64,000 nt of DNA, from assembly GCA_037444625.1 (NCBI GenBank), contig JBBIMA010000018.1, positions 1-64,000 of the forward strand, given 5' to 3'. Below are positions 52,219-61,884 of this stretch, piece by piece. A program made the translations under genes and the position numbers. Positions within the stretch are counted from its first letter, which is position 1; every line of letters begins with the position of its first letter. The notes beneath the pieces were generated by a model. It was not told the origin of the DNA. It worked only from the letters and a program-made list of their open reading frames with translations, and made no database searches. The DNA comes from Solibacteraceae bacterium (GTDB taxonomy: Bacteria > Acidobacteriota > Terriglobia > Bryobacterales > Bryobacteraceae).

Positions 52219-53562
52219 TCAGCGCAGGTTGTACTTCTTCATCTTGTAGCGCAGGGTGTCGCGCGTGATGCGCAGCAGCCGCGCCGCCTGGGTTTGGTTG
52301 CCGTTGGTCTTCTCCAGAGCCCGCAGCAGCAGTTGCCGCTCGCTCTCGGCCAGCGAGAGGCCCTCCTCCGGGATGTCCGGAGCCGCCTGGGCCCAAGCCG
52401 CCGAGCGCAGCTCCTCCCTGCCCAGCGAGATGGGCAGGCTGGCCGGCGTGATGCGCGAGGATTCCTCCAGGATCATCGCCCGCTCGATGGCGTTGCGCAG
52501 CTCCCGGACGTTGCCCGGCCAGTCATGCTGCAACAGCAGCCGCTCGGCTTCCGGCGCCACTCCCTCGATATGCCGTTTGAACTTCCGGTTGTAGTGCTCG
52601 ATGAAGAACTCCGCCAGCGGCAGGATGTCTTCCTTGCGCTCGCGCAGGGGCGGAATCAGAATCTGGATCACGTTCAGGCGGAAGTACAGGTCCTGGCGGA
52701 AGGCCCCTTCCCGCACCGCCTCCCGCAGGTTCTTGTTGGTGGCGGCGATGAAGCGCACGTCCACCCGGATGTCCTTCAGCCCGCCCAGCCGGCGGAAACT
52801 CTGCTCCTCGAGCACGCGCAGCAGCTTGGCCTGAAGGGTGAGCGGAATCTCCCCGATCTCGTCCAGAAACAGCGTGCCTCGATCGGCCAGCTCGAACAGG
52901 CCGCGCTTCTGCGCCCGGGCGTCGGTGAAAGCGCCCTTCTCGTAGCCGAACAGTTCGCTTTCCAGCAGCGTCTCCGGAATGGCCGCGCAGTTGATCGCGA
53001 TGAACGGCTCGGCCTGCCGCGGGCTCTCGTAATGCAGCGTCTTGGCGATCAGGTCCTTGCCCGTGCCGTTCTCGCCCTCCAGCAGAATGGTGGCCGCTTC
53101 GCTGGCCGCCACCTTGCGCACGAAGCTGATCACCTCGCGCATGGCGGCCGATTCGGCCACCACCTCCCGCTTGATGGGCGCCACTTCCTCGGTCACGTCC
53201 TTGACGGCCGCCAGGGCGCCCGCCGTCTGCCCGGCCTCATCCGTCAGCGGGGCGGTCCGCACCAGCACCAGCCGCTCGGATCCCTCCTCGGTGCGCAGCC
53301 GGACGGTGCCGTGCAGCGAGGCGCCCGGCTGCTGGAATCCCTCCAGCAATCCGCAGCCGCTCTCGCAGCCCTTGCAGCGAAAGACCTCCCGGCAACTGCG
53401 CCCCACCATCTGCGAGGCCTCCAGCCCGAACAACCGCTCCGCCGCCCGGTTCACGCCGCAGATCACCAGGTCGCGATCGTAGAGGATCAGGGCTTCGGAG
53501 AGTTGATCGAAAACCGCTTCCAGCAGGCCGGGGCGCTGCCACTGTGGGAGTAGTTTCGACAT
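52219..53562 (-). CDS. sigma-54-dependent transcriptional activator (PAS + AAA+ + Fis HTH, no receiver)
   Basis: GAFTDA, ESELFGYEKGAF and a C-terminal HTH. The N-terminal PAS domain carries four Cys (CREVFRCKGCESGC). Confidence 0.85.
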   Translation of the reverse strand: MSKLLPQWQRPGLLEAVFDQLSEALILYDRDLVICGVNRAAERLFGLEASQMVGRSCREVFRCKGCESGCGLLEGFQQPGASLHGTVRLRTEEGSERLVLVRTAPLTDEAGQTAGALAAVKDVTEEVAPIKREVVAESAAMREVISFVRKVAASEAATILLEGENGTGKDLIAKTLHYESPRQAEPFIAINCAAIPETLLESELFGYEKGAFTDARAQKRGLFELADRGTLFLDEIGEIPLTLQAKLLRVLEEQSFRRLGGLKDIRVDVRFIAATNKNLREAVREGAFRQDLYFRLNVIQILIPPLRERKEDILPLAEFFIEHYNRKFKRHIEGVAPEAERLLLQHDWPGNVRELRNAIERAMILEESSRITPASLPISLGREELRSAAWAQAAPDIPEEGLSLAESERQLLLRALEKTNGNQTQAARLLRITRDTLRYKMKKYNLR

Positions 53563-53633
53563 GCGGCGGGGTTACCTTTCATTATACGCCAGGCTGGGTG
53601 ATTTCACCCACCCCGCCGCCCTTCACACCGGGC

Positions 53634-54980
53634 TCACTTGCCCACGCAGAACCGCGCGAAAATCCGCTCGAGCACGTCCTCGGCCGTGGCCGCACCGGTG
53701 ATCCCCCCGATCGCCTCCAGCGCGCCGTAGAGATCCAGCAGCAGCAGCTCATGCGGCAGCGCGGAAACGCCCTGCCAGGCCTTTTCCAGCCGCCCCCGCG
53801 CCTCCTCAAGCAGGCTCTGGTGGCGCACGCTGGTGATGAAGCCCGGCTGAATCTCGCCCGCCTCGGGCGCCGCCGCCTCCAAAATTCGCCGGCGCAGATT
53901 CTCCAGGCCCTCCCCGGTCAGGGCGGAGACCACGACGTGGGGTTCGGCCAGCTCGGCCCGCCGCGGCAAGTCGCACTTGTTGCCCACCAGAAGAAACCGC
54001 CCCTGAGTGCGAGCCCGCTCGATCAGGGCCAAGTCCTCCGCCTCGACGGGCGCCGACAGATCCACCACCACCAAGGTCAAGTCCGCGTCCGCCATCGCCT
54101 GGAAGGTCCGCTGGACGCCCAGGCTCTCCACCAGGTCGCCGGAGGCGCGCACCCCGGCCGTGTCCGTGAACTTGATGGGGATGCCCTCCAGGCAGGCCAG
54201 CTCGGAAACCAGATCCCGCGTGGTGCCCGGAATCTCGGTGACGATCGCGCGCTCCCGCTCCAGCAGCCGGTTGAACAGGCTGCTCTTGCCCACGTTAGGC
54301 CGGCCGACGATGGCCAGCGCCAGACCCTCGTGCACCAGCTTGCCGTAAGCGTAGCTGGCGGCCAATTCGGAAACCTCCTTCAGCAGCGGTCCGAGCAGGC
54401 GGGCGATCTCCTCGGGGCCGGCCACCGGCACGTCGTCCTCGGCGAAGTCAATGCCCGCCTCCAGCAGCGCGATCAGCTCGAGCAGCTTCTCCCGGATGGG
54501 CGCCAGCCGGCGCGAGACCGACCCTTCGGCCTGCTGGGCGGCGATGCGGGCCTGGTACAGCGTGGTCGCTTCGATCAGGTCGCGCACCGCCTCAGCCTGC
54601 GGCAGGTCAATGCGGCCGTGCACGAAGGCGCGCAGCGTGAATTCTCCCGGCCCCGCCGGCCGGGCTCCCAAAGCCACCGCCCGGGCGACGCAGTAGCGCA
54701 GCACCACCGGCGAGCCGTGGCAGGAGATCTCGACCAGATCCTCGGCGGTGTAGGAGTGCGGGCGGGCGAAAAAGCTGACCAGCACCCGGTCCACCGCCTG
54801 CCCTTCCGGATCGGGCAGCTCGGCCAGCCGCATTCTCCACGGCCGCCACTCCGGCGGCTTGGGAAAGCGCAAGAGGCGCTCGGCGATCTGGCGCGCCCGC
54901 TCGCCCGAGATCCGCACGATACCCAGGCCGCCGCGCCCCGGCGGGGTCGAAACGGCCACGATGGTGTCGCCGAGATCCAT
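53634..54980 (-). CDS. mnmE: tRNA modification GTPase MnmE
   Basis: G-domain motifs GRPNVGKSS and DTAG; C-terminal CVGK. Confidence 0.95.
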   Translation of the reverse strand: MDLGDTIVAVSTPPGRGGLGIVRISGERARQIAERLLRFPKPPEWRPWRMRLAELPDPEGQAVDRVLVSFFARPHSYTAEDLVEISCHGSPVVLRYCVARAVALGARPAGPGEFTLRAFVHGRIDLPQAEAVRDLIEATTLYQARIAAQQAEGSVSRRLAPIREKLLELIALLEAGIDFAEDDVPVAGPEEIARLLGPLLKEVSELAASYAYGKLVHEGLALAIVGRPNVGKSSLFNRLLERERAIVTEIPGTTRDLVSELACLEGIPIKFTDTAGVRASGDLVESLGVQRTFQAMADADLTLVVVDLSAPVEAEDLALIERARTQGRFLLVGNKCDLPRRAELAEPHVVVSALTGEGLENLRRRILEAAAPEAGEIQPGFITSVRHQSLLEEARGRLEKAWQGVSALPHELLLLDLYGALEAIGGITGAATAEDVLERIFARFCVGK

Positions 54981-54998
54981 GGCGGGCGCCGCGCCCGC

Positions 54999-55571
54999 TC
55001 AGGGCGCGCCTTCACCGCCGGGCGAGCGGAACCGGCAGCCCTGCGCCGCATCCCCCGCCCTGAGATGAGCCGGCGGGGAAGGATACACCACCACGTGCCG
55101 GCCCGGACCCAGACCCTGGCTCTGGCTGTACACGCCGGCTTGGTCGCGCAACGCCAGGTGAATGATGCGCCGCTCGCGGCTGCTCATCGGGCTGAAGGGG
55201 AAGGGCCGGCCGGTCCGCCGCACGCGCTCGGCCGCGGCCGCCGCGCTCAAACGCAGCTCCTCGATGCGCAGCAGGCGGTAGTCGTTGGCGTCCAAGCAAA
55301 TCCGCTCGTGATCCTCGGAGGGAATCCGGAGCATCTGAATCGCCAGATGCTCCAGGGCCAGCAGCAGCTCGGCCTTGTTTTCCAGCAGCAGATCCGCGTC
55401 CGGCCCCGAGAACTTGACCACGATCTCCGGGCTCTCCCAATCCCTGTCCTGGACGGCGCCCTCGGCGATCTCGAAGCGCAGCCGAAGGCGGGCCCGTTCG
55501 AGAATCGGACGCAGAAAACGCTCCAGGCGCGGGCGCAAGGCCCCCAGGGTATACTTGCGCTTCCGATTCAC
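54999..55571 (-). CDS. jag: RNA-binding protein Jag/KhpB (KH + R3H)
   Basis: GTG start overlapping the yidC stop (GTGA). R3H motif IHLALRD. The upstream part of the listed ORF overlaps yidC and is not coding. Confidence 0.8.
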   Translation of the reverse strand: MNRKRKYTLGALRPRLERFLRPILERARLRLRFEIAEGAVQDRDWESPEIVVKFSGPDADLLLENKAELLLALEHLAIQMLRIPSEDHERICLDANDYRLLRIEELRLSAAAAAERVRRTGRPFPFSPMSSRERRIIHLALRDQAGVYSQSQGLGPGRHVVVYPSPPAHLRAGDAAQGCRFRSPGGEGAP

Positions 55572-57256
55572 CGTCCGGCCTTTTTCCTCCTGCGGGATTC
55601 CGCCCCGCCCGGCGCAGCCTTGGCCATGGCGGGCGCGGGCAGAACGGCGGGCGCGGGCATGGTCTTGTTGATCAACACCTGCTGGGCGATGCCCACCAGA
55701 TTGCTGGTCAGCCAGTACAGCACCAGGCCGCTCGAAAAATGGTAGAACATGAAGCCGAACACCAGGGGCATCAGCAGCATCATGCGCTGCTGCATCGGAT
55801 CGGCCGTGGTGGCGGGCGTCATCTTTTGCATGGCGAACTGCGAGACGATCATGGCCACCGGCAAGATTCGAATGGGCAACTGCTCGGGCTGGGATAGATC
55901 CGTCACCCACAGCCAGCTCGCCCCGCGCAGCTCGATGGCCACCGTCAACACATTGTAAAAGCCGATGAAAAAGGGAATCTGGAGCAGCATCGGGATGCAG
56001 CCCCCCATCGGGTTGACCCCGTGCTTCTTGTACAGCTCCATGAGCTCCTGGTTCTGCTGCTGCTTGCGCGGATCACGCAGGCTGATGCCCTTGTACTTCT
56101 CGTTGATGGCCGCGATCTGGGGCTGAAGGGCCTGCATCTTCTTCATGGACTTCAGGCTGGAGAACTTCAGCGGCAGCAAGGCGAAGTTGATGAACACCGT
56201 CACCAGCACGATGGCCCAGCCGTAGTTGCCCACGACATTGTGGTGCACCCACTTCAGGATCAGGAACAGGGGCTTGGCGATGAAGCCGAACCAGGTGCCG
56301 AAGTCCACCACCTGCTCCAGCCGGCGGTCCACCTGCCGGAGCACGTCCAGATCCTTGGGCCCCACGAAAACCGCAAACTCGTTGCGCGCCGCCCCGCCCA
56401 CGCCGACCCCCACGTGCGGCACCTCCTTGGCCTCCCGCGGGGAAGGCACCGCATCGCTCAGGGTTTGGATTTCCACGCTCCGGCCGGCGGGCGGCAGGAA
56501 CACGGCCGCGAAGTAGCCGTCCTGGATGCCCGCGAACAAGAACGGCCCGGAGGCGCTCACAGGACCGTTCTTGGCGGCTTTGGCCTCCTCGGTGATCAGC
56601 TTGCCGGCGGCCGGATCGAAATGCAGCGTCCGCTGTCGGGCCGCCGGATTGTCCACCGCCGGATCGCCGAAGCCTCCCCGCCATTGGACCAGATGGGGCA
56701 GCGGGCCCGAGCCGTCCCGGGCTTCCGAGATAAAGCGCCACAGGTAACGGGCCTTCTCGAAGCGGAAAGACTTGCGCACCCAGAGGCGCCCGTCGGAAAA
56801 CTCGTAGTCCACGCCCAAACCGTCGGCGGCCGGACGGGCTGCGAACAGGGCCTGGTTGACCTCCAGGGCAGGCTGGCGGTCCTTGAAGGACAGCGCGAAC
56901 GGATAGCCGGTCTTTGCGGCGGCCGCCGTGTTGACCAATTGCAAGGCCTTGCCCGAGGCGTCCTTGTATTTCTTCAGCTCCCAAGCCAGCACGACCGCGC
57001 CCCGGTTCGACAGCCGGATGCGGTACAGATCGGTCTCGATGGTCTGTTGTTCCGGTTTGGCCGCCGAAATCGGTGGGGTGAGTTTGGCCTCAGGCGCGGC
57101 GGGCGGGGCGGGCGGCGGAGTCTCGGCCGGCTGGGCCGCCGGAGCGGGCGCTTTCGCCGGGGCGGGCGGCGGCCCGTACATCTTGTGGTAGGCGTAGGGG
57201 GCCAGGAACATCACTACGCCGGTCAGCAAGAAGGCCAGCAGGAGCCGCCATTCCAT
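55568..57256 (-). CDS. yidC: membrane protein insertase YidC
   Basis: Start MEWRLLLAFLLTG, a periplasmic domain, five C-terminal TM helices, K-rich tail. Confidence 0.95.
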   Translation of the reverse strand: MEWRLLLAFLLTGVVMFLAPYAYHKMYGPPPAPAKAPAPAAQPAETPPPAPPAAPEAKLTPPISAAKPEQQTIETDLYRIRLSNRGAVVLAWELKKYKDASGKALQLVNTAAAAKTGYPFALSFKDRQPALEVNQALFAARPAADGLGVDYEFSDGRLWVRKSFRFEKARYLWRFISEARDGSGPLPHLVQWRGGFGDPAVDNPAARQRTLHFDPAAGKLITEEAKAAKNGPVSASGPFLFAGIQDGYFAAVFLPPAGRSVEIQTLSDAVPSPREAKEVPHVGVGVGGAARNEFAVFVGPKDLDVLRQVDRRLEQVVDFGTWFGFIAKPLFLILKWVHHNVVGNYGWAIVLVTVFINFALLPLKFSSLKSMKKMQALQPQIAAINEKYKGISLRDPRKQQQNQELMELYKKHGVNPMGGCIPMLLQIPFFIGFYNVLTVAIELRGASWLWVTDLSQPEQLPIRILPVAMIVSQFAMQKMTPATTADPMQQRMMLLMPLVFGFMFYHFSSGLVLYWLTSNLVGIAQQVLINKTMPAPAVLPAPAMAKAAPGGAESRRRKKAGR

Positions 57257-57334
57257 GCGAGGCTCCTCCGGCCCGATCTTGCCCGTCCTGTCCTGCCGGC
57301 CGCCGCCTTCCGCCATCAGCGTCTCCCGGGCGCC

Positions 57335-57583
57335 TCACGCCACCGGATCGAAGCCTCCCTCCCGGAAGGGGTGGCAGCGCGAGAGCCGCTTCAGGCCCAG
57401 CCAGACGCCGCGCCGCAGCCCGTAACGCCGCACGGCTTGCGCCATGTATTCCGAGCAGGTGGGATAAAAACGGCAGGCTGCGGGCAGCCAGGGCGAGACG
57501 GCCAGCTTGTAAAAACGTAGCAGCGCCAGAGCCGCCCGGGCGCCGCCGCCGGGGCCGGCCTCCTGCGGCGTCATTTCAGGCAT
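57335..57583 (-). CDS. yidD: membrane protein insertion efficiency factor YidD
   Basis: [55 protein letters not shown]. Confidence 0.85.
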   Translation of the reverse strand: MPEMTPQEAGPGGGARAALALLRFYKLAVSPWLPAACRFYPTCSEYMAQAVRRYGLRRGVWLGLKRLSRCHPFREGGFDPVA

Positions 57584-57963
57584 CGCGCAAACAGCCTCTC
57601 GACCGCTTCCAGCAACTCCTCGAAGGGAGCATCCAAAACAGCCTTGCGCGCCTGGATCACCACGTCCCAACCCGGCCCCAACCGCCAGAGGTTGCGCCGC
57701 ACAGCCTCCCGCAGGCGCCGCTTGATCCGATTGCGAACCACCGCCTTGCCCAGGGCCCGCGGGGCCGCCAGCCCCACGCGGGGACCCACGCCCCCTTCCC
57801 GCGCCGCGCAGAAAGCCGCGAAGTAAGGGTTGCTGATCCTGCTGCCCGCCTCATACACTCTGCGGAAGTCGGCCCGGCGCAGCAGCCGCGCGCTCTTGGG
57901 AAACCCGAAACTCCGCTTGGCTTCCTCGATCGGATTACTTCGCCCAGCGGACGGCCCGCTCAT
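57571..57963 (-). CDS. rnpA: ribonuclease P protein component
   Basis: [17 protein letters not shown] and [14 protein letters not shown] RnpA motifs. Confidence 0.85.
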   Translation of the reverse strand: MSGPSAGRSNPIEEAKRSFGFPKSARLLRRADFRRVYEAGSRISNPYFAAFCAAREGGVGPRVGLAAPRALGKAVVRNRIKRRLREAVRRNLWRLGPGWDVVIQARKAVLDAPFEELLEAVERLFARCLK

Positions 57964-58102
57964 CGCTGACCGTCAGCTTCCAACGGCCCTTGGCCCGGCG
58001 GCGCGACAGCACGGCGCGCCCATCCCGGCTGCGCATGCGCGCCCGAAACCCGTGCGTCTTGGCTCTCCGGCGATTGTTCGGCTGATAGGTGCGTTTGGGC
58101 AT
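57935..58102 (-). CDS. rpmH: 50S ribosomal protein L34
   Basis: Not in the ORF track. Sequence [46 protein letters not shown]... matches the L34 signature. Its 3' end appears to overlap the rnpA start; coordinates +/-2. Confidence 0.85.
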   Translation of the reverse strand: MPKRTYQPNNRRRAKTHGFRARMRSRDGRAVLSRRRAKGRWKLTVSDERAVRWAK

Positions 58103-58284
58103 TCCGGGATCTCCCCTTCAGCGGCCGGCGCTGCCAGGCCGCGGGGCGGCGCTGTCGGCCAAATCTCAGTATAGACAGGGGGTTTCCGGAGTGTCAAACC
58201 GCCCCACCCGGCCCCTTTGGTAACCTGCGCCGCCCCGGCGCCGTGTAGTATGCTGGAGTTGGATTTTCAATCCGATCCGGAGGT

Positions 58285-59445
58285 TTGCTCATGGCAGCGC
58301 GAAAGCTGGCCTGGCTCGCCGCCGGCTGCATGTTGCTGGCCGGCGCAGGCCTGGCGCAGACGTCATCCATCGCCGGAGAAGTCAAGGGCGAAGACGGCAA
58401 GCCCCTCCAGGGCGCTCTCATCAAGATCGAACGTCTGGACATCAAGGGCAACTATAAAGTCAAGACCAACAAGAAAGGCGAGTACTTCCACGCCGGACTG
58501 CCCCTGGGCACCTACCGCGTGGTGCTGGAAGTCAACGGCAAGGACGTGGACCGCGTGGACAACGTGCGCACCCGGCTGGGCGATCCCACGGTCATCAACT
58601 TCGATCTCCAGCGCATCAAGCAGCGGGCCGAGGCGCTCCAGCGCGCGGCCGAGACCGGCCAATTGACCGCCGACCAGTTGCGCGAGATGTCCCCCGAGCA
58701 GCGTGCCGCCCTGGAGAAGGCCGCCAAGGAACGCCAGGCCCAACTGGCCAAGAACCGGGCCCTCAACGACGCCTTCAACGCGGGCATGACGGCCCTCCAG
58801 GGCAAACAGTTCGAGCCGGCCATCGAGGCCTTCACCAAGGCGGCCGAGATTGATCCCAAGCAGCACGTGGTTTGGGCCCACCTGGCCGATTCCTATATCG
58901 GGCTGGCCGGCGTCAAGACCGGCGCCGAGCAGCAAGCCGCTCTGGAAAAAGGCCTGGCCAATTACCTGAAAGCGATCGAGATCAAGCCCGACGAGGCCGC
59001 CTATCACAACAACTACGCCCTGGCGCTGGCCCGCGCCAAGCGCTTCCAGGAAGCCCAGGCCGAGCTGACCAAGGCCGCTCAGATAGACCCGCCCAACGCG
59101 GGGCGCTACTTCTACAACCTGGGCGCTCTGCTGGTCAATTCGGGCCAGAACGAGCCGGCGGGCGAGGCCTTCAAGAAGGCCATCGAGGCCGATCCCAATT
59201 ACGCCGACGCCCATTACCAGTACGGCGTCTCCTTGATGGCCAAGGCGCAGGTCACGCCCGAGGGCAAGGTGGTCCCGCCGCCCGGCGCCCGGGAAGCCTT
59301 CGAAAAGTACCTGCAACTGAAGCCGAACGGCCCGTTCGCTGAATCCGCCAAGGGCATGATCGCCACCATGGAGGCGGGCGTTCAGACGCAGTACTCCAAT
59401 CCCGAAGCCGAAGCGAAGAAGAAAAAGGCCACGCGCAAGAAGTAG
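58285..59445 (+). CDS. secreted TPR-repeat protein with N-terminal carboxypeptidase-regulatory-like domain
   Basis: Signal peptide, a CarbopepD_reg-like beta-sandwich (GEVKGEDGKPLQGALIKIERLD) and multiple TPR repeats. Confidence 0.6.
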   Translation: MLMAARKLAWLAAGCMLLAGAGLAQTSSIAGEVKGEDGKPLQGALIKIERLDIKGNYKVKTNKKGEYFHAGLPLGTYRVVLEVNGKDVDRVDNVRTRLGDPTVINFDLQRIKQRAEALQRAAETGQLTADQLREMSPEQRAALEKAAKERQAQLAKNRALNDAFNAGMTALQGKQFEPAIEAFTKAAEIDPKQHVVWAHLADSYIGLAGVKTGAEQQAALEKGLANYLKAIEIKPDEAAYHNNYALALARAKRFQEAQAELTKAAQIDPPNAGRYFYNLGALLVNSGQNEPAGEAFKKAIEADPNYADAHYQYGVSLMAKAQVTPEGKVVPPPGAREAFEKYLQLKPNGPFAESAKGMIATMEAGVQTQYSNPEAEAKKKKATRKK

Positions 59446-59481
59446 GGCGGACCGGGGACGGCCGGCGGAAAGGGAGGCGCC

Positions 59482-59766
59482 ATGGTGCGGGCTGTGTTGT
59501 ACCTGTTGCTGGCTGTCCTGGCGATCACCTTCCTGCGCTCGATCATCGGGATTCTGGGAAAGCTGATCGCGGGCCTGCTGGCGCCCGGCCCCCCCTCCAG
59601 CAGCCCGCCCGTCTCACCCGGCGGCGAGCTCAAGCGCGATCCGGTCTGCGGCGTCTACATCTCGACCGCCTCCTCGCTGAAGCTGACCGAGGGCGGCCAG
59701 GTGATCCACTTCTGCTCGACCGCCTGCCGGGACAAGTACCGCCAGAGCCGCCGGGAGCGCGGCTGA
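59482..59766 (+). CDS. small membrane protein with C-terminal YHS/TRASH-like Cys domain
   Basis: N-terminal TM helix; DPVCGVYISTASS...FCSTACRDKY. Confidence 0.5.
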   Translation: MVRAVLYLLLAVLAITFLRSIIGILGKLIAGLLAPGPPSSSPPVSPGGELKRDPVCGVYISTASSLKLTEGGQVIHFCSTACRDKYRQSRRERG

Positions 59767-59824
59767 GGCCGGCGCCTTCCCCCGCCAGGTGCGGGAGAGT
59801 CGCCCGGCCGCTACATTAGGAGGT

Positions 59825-59913
59825 GGAGGAATGGCCGAGCGGTCGAAGGCGGCGGTCTTGAAAACCGCTAGGGCCGAAAGGCCCTCGGGGGTTCGAATCC
59901 CTCTTCCTCCGCC
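59825..59913 (+). tRNA. tRNA-Ser (anticodon UGA), class II
   Basis: GGAGGAATGGCCGAGCGGTCGAAGGC..CTTGAAA..TAGGGCCGAAAGGCCCTC..GGTTCGAATCC. Long variable arm, discriminator G, encoded CC. Confidence 0.85.
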
Positions 59914-61427
59914 GCGATCAACAGCCAGTTCCTCCGGAACCTGAACAACGGGCCGGGTTGAGAAGCGGCAGGCCGCTTTTTCGATCAACAACGACCCGCT
60001 GCGCCGAAGGCGCCCCCACTCGGCCATCGGCCGCCTTCAACTTGCCGTGCCGGCCGGTCCAGTCACAGCGGTGCCGGAGGCAGAGCGGCCGCCTGAGATC
60101 CTGGGTCGCTCCAAGCGCTTCGTCAGGGGGGTGATCTGCTGCCGGCCGTTGTCTGGGAATCAAGGAATCCTCGCCTTCGAGACTCAGGCGATAACAGCCC
60201 TGCAACGGGATCCCGCCCACCGGGTAAGCCCCGGTTGCCCCTCGTGGCAGATCCTGGGACCGGTCGCAGCGGTATCGAGCGGGATGCACTTACTGCGCAA
60301 CCTCGGCAGAAGCTGTAGGAGCGTGTGCGTGCTTCTCAGGTTGCCCACAGCGGTCGGCCTTGAGCCGGATGACCGACGGCAGCCTCTCGTTGCCTGCGTC
60401 CGTCGGTCAGCACGGGAAGGACGGCGAGCCTTCCAGGGTGCTACATTCTGGACGGAAGGCGGGAATCATGGAACGGAAGATACCCCTGGCTCGGGTGGGC
60501 GAAATCATGAAGGCGGTTCTGTCTGAACTGAAGGACGCAGGGGGGCAGGCGAGGGTGAAGGATCTTCTGGAGCGTGTTGAGCCGAAACTCGGGCTCACGC
60601 CGTACGAGAAGGAAACCTATGCTAAATCCGGCTATGTGCGCTGGCGTGCGATCGTCCACTTCTATTCGATAGGTTGCGTCAAGGCCGGATACATTCAAAA
60701 GTCGGGCGGAAGGTGGTTTCTCACCGAGGAAGGAGCCGAAGCGCTCAAGCAGCCGGCCGAAGAGTTCGCCCGCTCGGTGGGACAGAAATATAGAGCCGCA
60801 ATGATGTCTCGCCCCGGCGATGAGAGCGGGGAGGTCGAAGAAGAGGAGACCGAGAAGATCGTGCGGCAGACGGCCTATGAGCAGGCTGTCGAGCAGGCCA
60901 GGGCCGAGATCGAAGACCACATTAACAACCTCGGTCCATACGATTTTCAGAAGCTCGTCGCCGAGCTCCTGATGGCAATGGGGTATCACGTTCCATTCGT
61001 TGCGCCGCCCGGCAGGGATGGCGGCATAGACATCGTCGCTTACCGTGATCCCCTTGGGGTATCCACGCCGAGGATAAGAGTTCAGGTGAAGCACCGGGAC
61101 AACAAGTTCACCGTGAGAGAGATCCGAGAACTCGAGGCACTGCTGCGCAAGGAGGGAGACATTGGGCTGGTTGTGTCGTCGGGCGGATTTACAGCCGAGG
61201 TCCGGCGAGAGATCCGGGCTTCCACAAAACACATCGAGGCGATAGATCTGGACCGCCTCGTGACCCTGTGGCAACAATACTATGAGAGCGTTCGGGAGTC
61301 GGGAAAGGCGTTGCTGCCGCTTGTGAAGCTGTACTTCCTGGCCCCGGCAGAGGAATAGGCCCAATGAGGCCAGGGTAAAGCGCACGTTAGGGACAGCAAG
61401 GAACCAGAGGGGATGGCCCGCTCCGCA
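59914..61427. mobile_element. small tRNA-Ser-associated integrated island (integrase-less remnant) carrying mrr
   Basis: Bounded by the intact tRNA-Ser 3' end and a 57-nt direct repeat of it. Visibly lower GC than the flanks. No integrase ORF. Confidence 0.45.
60468..61358 (+). CDS. mrr: Mrr-type (type IV) restriction endonuclease
   Basis: Mrr_N winged-helix, then the Mrr_cat PD-(D/E)xK core (DFQKLVAELLMAMGY..GRDGGIDIVAY..VQVKHR). Lower GC than neighbouring genes. Confidence 0.75.
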   Translation: MERKIPLARVGEIMKAVLSELKDAGGQARVKDLLERVEPKLGLTPYEKETYAKSGYVRWRAIVHFYSIGCVKAGYIQKSGGRWFLTEEGAEALKQPAEEFARSVGQKYRAAMMSRPGDESGEVEEEETEKIVRQTAYEQAVEQARAEIEDHINNLGPYDFQKLVAELLMAMGYHVPFVAPPGRDGGIDIVAYRDPLGVSTPRIRVQVKHRDNKFTVREIRELEALLRKEGDIGLVVSSGGFTAEVRREIRASTKHIEAIDLDRLVTLWQQYYESVRESGKALLPLVKLYFLAPAEE

Positions 61428-61484
61428 CTTGAAAACCGCTAGGGCCGAAAGGCCCTCGGGGGTTCGAATCCCTCTTGCTCCGCC
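61428..61484 (+). repeat. attR-like direct repeat: duplicate of tRNA-Ser 3' half (57 nt, 1 mismatch)
   Basis: CTTGAAAACCGCTAGGGCCGAAAGGCCCTCGGGGGTTCGAATCCCTCTT(G)CTCCGCC versus 59857..59913. Confidence 0.75.
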
Positions 61485-61884
61485 GGCCCGGCCCGCACCC
61501 CTCACCGGCGCGCCCCAGCGCTGAAATCCCCGCGGCATGTCGCCGAGTCGCGCCCGGGGCGTGTGCTATCATGGGATGCTTCTCGACTTGGGCGGAGGAT
61601 CTCGGGCTCCGGCCGCCGCAGCATCAAACCCTGGCTCTGGACCGAACGCACCTGAGACGGAATTGGGCGCCGCGAATCTCAAGGAGCTGGTTGCCGCAAT
61701 CGGGGATGAATTGCTGGCGCGCATCGCCGGCGCCGGGCCGGGCTTGCCCGCCGGGGACGGCCGCAGCGGCGAGCAGGCCTGCACGGGCTGCCGGAAGCAG
61801 TGCGTCGAGAGCTGCCCCTCCCGCGCCCAGGCCGTGATCGCCGCCGGGGCCGAGCGCATCTCGGCCGGGGAAGGCGTCGCCGGG

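Noticed and set aside
61381-61484. Possible second tRNA-Ser gene
   Set aside because: Only the 3' 57 nt match the tRNA. The 5' half (GGGGATGGCCCGCTCCGCA) cannot form acceptor or D stems, so it is an att-type partial repeat, not a functional tRNA.
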